Assembly: GCA_964016885.1 (NCBI GenBank)
Contig: OZ024745.1
Location: 108,562,001 to 108,626,000, forward strand
Reading direction: 5' to 3'
Source: Eledone cirrhosa
Taxonomy: Eukaryota
DNA: 64,000 nt
Under the pieces are notes generated by a model, which saw nothing but the letters and a program-made list of their open reading frames with translations, did not search any database and was not told where the DNA came from. Numbering within the stretch: position 1 is the first letter of the stretch; the number at the start of each line of letters is the position of its first letter. Position numbers and translations under genes: made by a program. Positions 55,319-64,000 of this stretch are shown piece after piece.

Positions 55319-56208
55319 CAGGGTGCGGACGATAACTGTTTGCAAGATTACTGTCTAGGAAGAAATAACACAGTAGTTTTATTTTTTAAGATATATTTAT
55401 CAAACTTGGGTCAGTTTGTCTTCATCACTTGTTCTTTTAATCTCACTTGATAAACCCGCCATTGGCTTTGATGACGGCCTCAAGGCTGCCTCGGAACCGG
55501 CTACAGGCCTTCATCACTGTCCCCCAACTTAGGCCCCTAAAGGCACTTGTGATCCTGGCCTTCAGATCGTCTTTCATATTGCAGCTAGATCTGTTGGTGT
55601 CTCGTTCCACTGCAGCCCACACAAAGAAGTCAAGGGGGTTGCAGTCAGGCGAGCTGGGAGGCCAGATGTCAGGTGAAGTGTGGTCAACAAAGTTCTCTGA
55701 CAGCCAGGCTTGGGTCTTTCAGCTGGTATGGCAGGGCGCTGAGTCTTGCTGCCACACGTACAGTCTACCTGCAGCTACCTGGTCGATCCAGGGCTTTACT
55801 ACCTTGCTCAGAACGTGGATGTAGCCATCGGTGTTCAGCTTGAGGCCCTCAAGGAAGAAGTGAGGTGGCATGACGTCACCTTGACTGCTGACGACACCTA
55901 AGACCAATGTTGTTGCTGGAAACTGTCTGCATGACTCTGGGCACGTCTTTGGATGAGACAGTGTGCCACCTGTTGTTCTGGGAGTTGATCTTCTGGTCTT
56001 ATTTGTCCTTCCGGCGCGGATTCCAAGAAGAACTCCGTGTCTCTTCCACAAATTTGGAGGTTCAAAATTATTCATAATCAATTATTCTGAAAATAAATAA
56101 TGGAAATATAGTCACTGTTTTTATGAAGACAAGAGTGACAATGGAAGTAAAAAAAATTTGCATAAAATTAGCAGTTGAAAATTGCTAACAAATATCACCC
56201 ACACCCTG
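55319..56208 (-). mobile_element. Internally deleted DD37D (maT-type) Tc1/mariner transposon
   Basis: CAGGGTG..CACCCTG|TA ends. VLGVVSSQG..PPHFF..WQQDSAPCHTS*..WPPSSPDCNPLDFFVW has 37 residues between the two Asp by my count; one in-frame stop. Confidence 0.88.
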
Positions 56209-56879
56209 TATATGTCATCATCATCGCTGTTTTACGTCCATTCTTCTTCTACGCTAGCATGGGTTAGACGAGTTGTCCTGTTGTGGGCAATGTTAGGTCA
56301 GGTGACCATGCCTTGCTTATACAAAACTGACTTTTGTCTGGTTTCTACAGTTGGATGCCCTTCCTAACGGCAACCTCATTTACAGTGCGGACTAGGTACT
56401 TTTTGCTGTGATACCTACCTATAATGTTATATTTGGGGATTGTCATGTTGTCAATATTACTAATATATATATATATATACACACACACACAGAGTACACA
56501 CTGTAAAGTAGTTAGTATTAAAAAGGGCATCCAGTTATAGAAAATTTCCAAACATGGGGTTGAGAGGACTGCAGTTATATCAAGGCAGAGCAATCTCTCT
56601 AGCATAAGGGCCATGACAAAACATACCCAGTACTCTCTGTAAAATGTAGGAATGTATGTAAGTGAGATGTGGTTTCTCTGTCTATTTGTGAGAATAGTGG
56701 CTCTGATTGAGCGTTGAGTTGCTCAGTTATGACCCATCCAATGTATGGTAGTATAGAAAAGAGGACATATGATGATAATATACATATGTATATATGTGTG
56801 TGTGTTTATGTATGCAGATGTGTGTGTGTTTATGTATTATCTATGCAGATGCACACACACACACACATTATATATATAT

Positions 56880-57201
56880 GGAGGCACATGGCTTAGTGGT
56901 TAGAACATTGGCCTTGCAATCGAAAGGTTGTGAGTTCAATTCTCAGACCGGGTGATGCTTTGTTTCCTTGAGCAAGACACTTTATTTCACATTGCTCCAG
57001 TTTACTCAGCTGTAGAAATGAGATGATAGGGACTGGGGTCCCTATCATTCCACTGCAAAGTGGTCGTGGAGGGGCCACGGCAAAAAAGCACCCAGCACTC
57101 ACTGCAAATGAGGTTGGCGTTAGGAAGGGCATCCAGCTGTAGAAATCAAGCCAGGATCAGTTCCCGTCCCACCCTTGCAAGCAGGGAAAAGCGGACGTAA
57201 A

Positions 57202-57236
<35 letters not shown>
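56880..57236 (+). mobile_element. SINE family A
   Basis: Full head, body and (ATG)n tail. Confidence 0.85.
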
Positions 57237-58343
57237 ATATATATATAGATATATATACATACCATCCTCATCATCATTGGTGGATTGGCAGTATCGGTAG
57301 AGGGTCGGACGCCATGCTTTGATGCATAGAGTTACGGCCCTTTCCAATCTGAGTTCAAATCCCGCCGAGGTTAACTTTGCCTTTCATCGTTACGGGGTCG
57401 ATAAAATAAAGTACCAGTAATGCACTGGGTATTTGCTGACCTTGTTCCAAAAGTAGAAACAATTATATACATACATACAAAAACTCAGACACACACACTC
57501 ATATATCATGAGAGAGAGGGGGGAAGAGAAGGACAGAGAGAGGGGGAAGAGAAGGGGAGAGAAAGAGGAGGAAGAGAAGGGGAGAGAGAGATGGAGAGAG
57601 GGAGATGTACATCCAAATGAACCAAAACTGCCTGAAACTTTCTTCAGTTCTCATTTGGTTAATTCAGTTGACTGTTGGGAATTGTCAAGGAAGAGTAAGG
57701 AGAAGAGGAATGAGGGGAGAAGGGAGAGAAAGAGGGGTTTGGGGGGAGGGGTAAATAACTAGTGACCAGTTAAAGGTGCCACTTATAAATTATTGATGTC
57801 CAACTCCTATGTGTTGAAGTAGTAAGATGTAGCTGTGTAACCATGTAGTCATATAAGGTGGTGTAGTGTAATAACAATGGTGGTGGTAGTGGTGTGTGAT
57901 ATGTGTTTGTGTGTGTGTGTGTGTCCTTGTATGTATGTGCTTGTGTGTCTGTGTGTGTATATGTTGTTAGAGTTAATGAAAGACCAATATGGCCAGGTAG
58001 AATAAGTGGGGGTGGACCTGTAAGATGCGCGTATTGAAGCAAGGAAGTCACTTCATAAATCTCCTGATTTCTGTCAATGTGTTTTCAAGGATAACCCAAC
58101 CAGATCTTGGGTCTCACAGCTATCAGGATGTGTGTGTGAGTTTGTGTGTCTGAATGTATGCATGTATGCATGTATAGATGTATATATGTATTGTGCTTGT
58201 ATGGGGATTTGAGTAAGTTTGTCTGTTGCTATATGTGTGTGTGTATATGTATGTATAAATAAATATATTTATATATATATATAGTATTTTCCGTTCCGTA
58301 GTGTTGTAAAATTCCTTTTACTGAACTGTATCCATTTAAATCC

Positions 58344-58426
<83 letters not shown>

Positions 58427-58529
58427 TATATATAAATATATACACACATACACATATATCTAAGTTTGAGTGCATGTTTGTATGTATATATTATGGTGCT
58501 TGTATGAGGGTTTGAGTGTCTGTATATAG

Positions 58530-58567
<38 letters not shown>

Positions 58568-58571
<4 letters not shown>

Positions 58572-58957
58572 CACATAAGAAACAGAGAATCAGTGGTGCG
58601 ATGAATAAAATTTATTAGACATATTACAATCGTTTCTCTGCCGACCAGCTCGAGGCACGATCAATGCAATGATCGAGCCTGACTCTGAAATCGCAAGATC
58701 CTCAGATACGTCTTGATTCTACGAAGCAGAGTTTCCAAATCTTCCAAATCTTGGAAACTCTGCTTTGTAGAATCGATCATTACATCAATCGTGCCTCGAG
58801 CTGGTTGCCAGAGAAACGATTGTAATATGTCTAATAAATTTTATTTGTCGCACCACTGATTTTCCGTTTCTGATGTGATATTATACTCTGCTCTGTAAGA
58901 GCATCGAGTGCTCAAACGGCCTACTGCTTACGGATAATTTAAGCATCCCACACCTAT

Positions 58958-58958
<1 letters not shown>
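58568..58958. mobile_element. Fold-back Penelope-like element with hammerhead and bulged hairpin
   Basis: Arms ~58568-58737 and ~58751-58881. The right arm lacks the CTGAGGA segment. (TA)n on both sides. Confidence 0.78.
58618..58712 (-). ncRNA. Type I hammerhead ribozyme with extended stem II and minimal stem III
   Basis: Stem I GACGTAT/ATATGTC; CTGAGGA (58705-58699); stem II TCT(T)GC/GCAGA extended by AGGC.CGATCA/TGATCG.GCCT; GAAAC-GATT-GTA; AATAAA immediately 3'. Confidence 0.82.
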
Positions 58959-58990
<32 letters not shown>

Positions 58991-58992
58991 AT

Positions 58993-59716
58993 GGAGGCAC
59001 ATGGCTTAGTGGTTAGAGTATTGGCCTTGCAATCAAAAGGTTGTGAGTTCAATTCTCAGACCGGGTGATGTGTTGTTTCCTTGAGCAAGATACTTTATTT
59101 CACATTGCTCCAGTTTACTCAGCTGTAGAAATGAGATGATAGGGACTGAGGTACCTATCATTCCACTGCAAAGTGGTCGTGGAGGGGCCACGGCAAAAAA
59201 GCACCCAGCCCACACTGTAAAGTGGACGTGAAGGCGCCACAGAATAAAAGCACCCACCACTCACTGTAAATGAAGTTGGTGTTAGGGAGGGCATCCAGCT
59301 GTAGAAATCAAGCCAGAATCAGTTTGCGTCCCACCCTTGCAAGCAGGGAAAAGCGGACGTAAAAAGATAATGATGATGATGATGATATATATATATGGAG
59401 GCACATGGCTTAGTGGTTAGAGCATTGGCCTTGCAATCGAAAGGTTGTGAGTTCAATTCTCAGACCGGGTGATGTGTTGTTTCCTTGAGCAAGACACTTT
59501 ATTTCACATTGCTCCAGTTTACTCAGCTGTAGAAATGAGATGATATCCCTATCATTCCACTGCAAAGTGGTCGTGGAGGTGCCACGGCATAAAAGCACCC
59601 AGCACTCACTGTAAATGGGGTTGGTGTTAGGAAGGCATCCAGCTGTAGAAATCAAGCCAGAATCAGTTCCCGTCCCACCCTTGCAAGCAGGGAAAAGTGA
59701 ACGTAAAATGAAATGA

Positions 59717-59720
<4 letters not shown>
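58993..59720 (+). mobile_element. Two tandem SINE family A copies (58993-59385, 59397-59720)
   Basis: Two full heads and tails separated by a short (TA)n. Confidence 0.85.
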
Positions 59721-59756
<36 letters not shown>

Positions 59757-59946
59757 ACATATAGCGTGGAAGATAGACGTTAAACGAATGCATGCACACA
59801 CAAATACACACATCATCATCATTTTTACGTCTGCTTTTCCATGGGTCCTTCTTAGCACAGCATCTCTCCAGTTGGCACATTCCTTCGTCATCTTCTCTGT
59901 AATTTGAGGTCCGCTCTCACAACCTCTGCCCACTATATACACACAT

Positions 59947-59977
<31 letters not shown>

Positions 59978-60164
59978 CACACACACACACATATATATAT
60001 ATAGACATATATAGACATATATAGATATGGTGAAACAATTCCATAGACATACAGACAAACAGCCCACTCTATGTTAAGTCTCAAGTGAAATATAACTTAA
60101 GACTCATAATTGGGATCTCTTGATAATCTATCCTCCCACCACAACTTCCACCCTCCTGCCTCCT

Positions 60165-61415
60165 GTGGTGAGGGTGATGTTGGTGAGTATGGTGGTGGTG
60201 GTGGTGGTGGTGGTGGTGGTGATGGTGGGGGAAATGGTGTAGCTGGTGGTGAGGGTAATGGTGAGGGTGGTGTTGGTGTTGTTGTTGTTGGTGGTGGTGG
60301 TGATAGTGATGACGTGGTGGTGGTGGTGCTAGTGTTGTTGGTGGTGATATAGGTGAGGATGGTGGTGGTGGGGGTAATGGTGGTGAGGGTGGTGTTGGTG
60401 TTGTTGTTGGTGGTGATAGTGATGACGGTGGTGGTGGTGGTGCTAGTGTTGTTGGTGGTGATATAGGTGAGGATGGTGGTGGTGGGGGTAATGGTGGTGA
60501 GGGTGGTGTTGGTGTTGTTGTTGGTGGTGATAGTGATGTGGGTGTTGGTGGTGTTAGTGTTGTTGGTGGTGGTGATGGTGGTGGTGATGGTGGTGGTGGT
60601 GGTAGTGGTGGTGGTGGTGGTATAGGTGAGGATGGTGGTAGTGATGAGGGTGGTGGTGGTGGTGGTATAGGTGAGGATGGTGGTAGTGATGAGGGTGGTG
60701 GTGGTGGTGGTATAGGTGAGGATGGTGGTAGTAATGAGGGTGGTGGTAGTGGTGGTGGTATAGGTGAGGATGGTGGTAGTGATGAGGGTGGTGGTGGTGG
60801 TAGTGGTGGTGGTGGTGGTATAGGTGAGGATGGTGGTAGTGATGAGGGTGGTGGTGGTGGTGGTATAGGTGAGGATGGTGGTAGTGATGAGGGTGGTGGT
60901 GGTGGTAGTGGTGGTGGTGGTGGTATAGGTGAGGATGGTGGTAGTGATGAGGGTGGTGGTGGTGGTGGTATAGGTGAGGATGGTGGTAGTAATGAGGGTG
61001 GTGGTAGTGGTGGTGGTATAGGTGAGGATGGTGGTAGTAATGAGGGTGGTGGTAGTGGTGGTGGTGGTGGTATAGGTGAGGATGGTGGTAGTGATGAGGG
61101 TGGAGGTGGTGGTGGTGGTGGTATAGGTGAGGATGGTGGCAGTGATGAGGGTGGTGGTGGTGGTGTTGGTATAGGTGAGGATGGTGGCAGTGATGAGGGT
61201 GGTGGTGGTGGTGGTGGTGAGAGTGTTGGCTGTGGTTATGTTGTTGATGCTGGTGGCAGTGGTGAGGATGTTGCTGGTGGTATAGGTGGTGGTGTTAGTG
61301 GTATGGCTGCTGTTGTAGTTGATGGTAGTAGTATAGGAGTGTAGGAGTGTGAGTTTGTTGTGGCAATGGTGTGGGTATTAGTGGTGGTAGTAGAGACGGT
61401 GCTGGTGGTTGGGTA
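60165..61415. repeat. GGT-rich minisatellite (GGTATAGGTGAGGATGGTGGTAGTGATGAG(GGT)n)
   Basis: Tandem degenerate units. Confidence 0.9.
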
Positions 61416-61417
61416 AT

Positions 61418-61419
<2 letters not shown>

Positions 61420-61462
<43 letters not shown>

Positions 61463-62352
61463 TCTGTGTGTGTCAGAGTGTGTGGGTGAGTGTGTGTGTG
61501 AGTGTGTGTGTGTGAGAATGTGTGTGAGAGTGTGTGCGTGAGTGTGTGTGTGTGAGAATGTGTGTGTGTGAGTGTATGTGTGTGTGTGAGTGTGTGTGTG
61601 TGAGTGTGTGTGTGTGAGTGTGTGTTTGTGAGTGTGTGTTTGAGTGTGTGTGTGTGAGAGTGTGTGTGAGTGTGTGTGAGAGCGTGTGTGTGAGAGTGTG
61701 TGTGTGTGAGAGTGTGTGTGAGTGTGTGTGAGAGCGTGTGTGTGAGAGCGTGTGTGTGAGAGTGTGTGTGTGAGACTGTATATGAGAGTGTGTGTGTGTG
61801 AGAGTGTGTGTGAGAGTGTGTGTGTGTGTGAGTGTGTGTGTGTGTGAGAGTGTGTGTGAGAGTGTGTGTGAGTGTGTGTATGAGTGAGTGTGTGAGAGCG
61901 TGTGTGAGTGTGTGTGTGAGTGTATGTGTGAGTGTGTGTGTGAGAGCATGTGTGAGAGTGTGTGAGTGAGTGTGAGAGTGTGTGTGAGAGTGAGTGTGTG
62001 TGTGAGAGTGTGTGAGAGAGTGTGTGTGTGTGTGTGAGTGTATTTGTGAGAGCGTGTGTGAGTGTGTGTGAGTGTGTGTGAAAGTGTGTGTGTGAGAGTG
62101 TGTGTGAGTGTGTGTGAGAGTGTGTGTGTGTGAGTGTGTGTGTGAGTGTGTGTTTGAGAGTGTGTGTGTGTGTGAGAGAGTGTGTGAGTGTGTGTGTGTG
62201 TGAGAGTGTGTGTGAGAGTGTGTGTGTGAGTGTGTGAGTGTGTGTGTGTGAGTGTGTGTTTGAGTGTGTGTGTGTGAGAGAGTGTGTGTGAGTGTGTGTG
62301 AGAGTGTGTGTGTGTGAGTGTGTGTGTGAGTGTGTGTGTGAGAGTGTGTGTG
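61420..62352. repeat. Degenerate (TG)n/(GA) microsatellite
   Basis: Directly visible. Confidence 0.95.
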
Positions 62353-62509
62353 ATGCATTCATTTTCCAAGTGGGAAAACAGAGTAAAAACAACAAAACCA
62401 AAACAAAGCCAGCCTTTGGTGTTTTATCTGGAGAGCAACAACTTCAGAAAGACTATGAATCCAGGGAGAGTCAATGTCCTGCTCTTGGGAGAGACCAAAT
62501 AGAACATAA

Positions 62510-63900
62510 GTACCATCACTACTACTACTACTAACACCACTGCTACTATCACTAACAACAACAACACCATCACTACTACTACTACTACCACTGCCACCAA
62601 CTCCACCACCACCACCGCTGCTACAACTACTACTACTAACAACAACAACAACACCACTGCTACTAACACTAACAACAACAACAACACCACTGCTACTATC
62701 ACTAACAACAACAACAACAACACCACTGCTACTAACACTAACAACAACAACACCACTGCTACTATCACTAACAACAACAACAACAACACCACTGCTACTA
62801 TCACTAACAACAACAACAACAACACCACTGCTACTAACACTAACAACAACAACAACACCACTGCTACTAACAACAACAACAACAACAACAACTACTACTA
62901 CCACTGCCACCAACAACACCACCACCACCGCCGCCACTGCTACAACTACTACTACTAACAACAACATGGTGGCGGTGGTGGTAGTAGTAGTAGTGTTGTT
63001 CTTAGTAGTAGTAGTGGTGGTGTTAGTGGTAGTAGCAGTTGGTGGTGGTGGTGTTGGTGGTAGTAGTGTTGTTCTTAGTAGTAGTAGTGGTGGTGTTAGT
63101 GGTAGTAGCAGTTGGTGGTGGTGGTGGTGTTGGTGGTAGCAGTATTATTCTTGTAATAATAACACTACCACCACTACTTCGTTTAGCATTTCCACAATTA
63201 ATAATAATACTACCACCACTACTATTACCCTACTACTTTTAACATTACCATAGTTAATAATAATAATAATAATAATAATGATAATAATAATACCACTACT
63301 ACTCTTACCACTACTACTTTTAACACTACCACAGTTAGTAACAATACTACCACCACTACTGCTTTTAACACTACCACAATTGGTAATAATAATACTACCA
63401 CCACCATTACCACCACACCACCACTACTACCACCACCATCACCAACCACTACCATCACCACAACCACCACCACCACTACCACCACCACCACCACCACCAC
63501 TACCACCATCACCATCACTACCACTACTACCATCACCACTACCAACACCACCACTACCACCACCACAACCATCACCATTACCACCACCATCACCATCACC
63601 ACTACCACCACCATCACCTCAACCACCACAACCACTACTATCATCACCACTACCACCATCACCACTACCACCACCACCACCACCACCATCATCACCACCA
63701 CCACCATCACCAGTACCACCACCACCACTACCACCATCACCACTACCACCATCACCACAACCACCACAACCACTACCACCATCACCACAACCACCACCAC
63801 CACTACCACCATCACCACTACCACCATCACCACAACCATCACCACTACAACCACCATCACCATCACCACTACCACCACAACCACCACCACCACCACCACT
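62510..63900. repeat. ACT/AAC/ACC triplet low-complexity arrays
   Basis: Directly visible. Confidence 0.9.
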
Positions 63901-64000
63901 ATTATAATTTTTTTATGGGGTGGAGGAGAGAATTATACTATTTTTTTGTTATTTTAGTTGTACATGTTCTTGATCATGTTGTTCAAGATTACTTCACTGT

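Noticed and set aside
60538-61344. Gly-rich (GGIGEDGGSDE)n ORF
   Set aside because: Almost invariant GGT codons, continuous with flanking triplet repeats; no splice or signal-peptide support.

Overview
AT-rich, microsatellite-laden eukaryotic (animal) DNA with no intact protein-coding gene. The repeat content resembles a cephalopod (octopus-like) intron or gene desert; this taxonomic call is an inference from repeat style. Almost all long ORFs in the track are artefacts of simple repeats. The window contains: two abundant tRNA-derived SINE families, plus older ones; RTE, CR1/L2-like and CRE-like LINE fragments; mariner and DD37D (maT-type) transposon relics; a TTAA/CCC piggyBac-type MITE family; non-autonomous Helitrons and a Helitron Rep fragment; and several satellites. 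The main finding is a set of sequence-unrelated, mostly (TA)n-embedded short elements carrying type I hammerhead ribozymes. Five cores fold completely by eye (19220-19280, 19413-19473, 31325-31406, 44963-45023, 58618-58712), one more has an imperfect stem II base (39701-39840), and several are degenerate. Three have unusually long stem II insertions. The elements often form fold-back palindromes, and one is a ~672-bp partial tandem with a GT-AG intron. At least seven sites in different families share a covarying bulged hairpin, RCTC-stem-TY-GAGY. This looks like a Penelope-like/retrozyme system with a shared structural element I do not recognise. All folds were done by eye; no searches were run.
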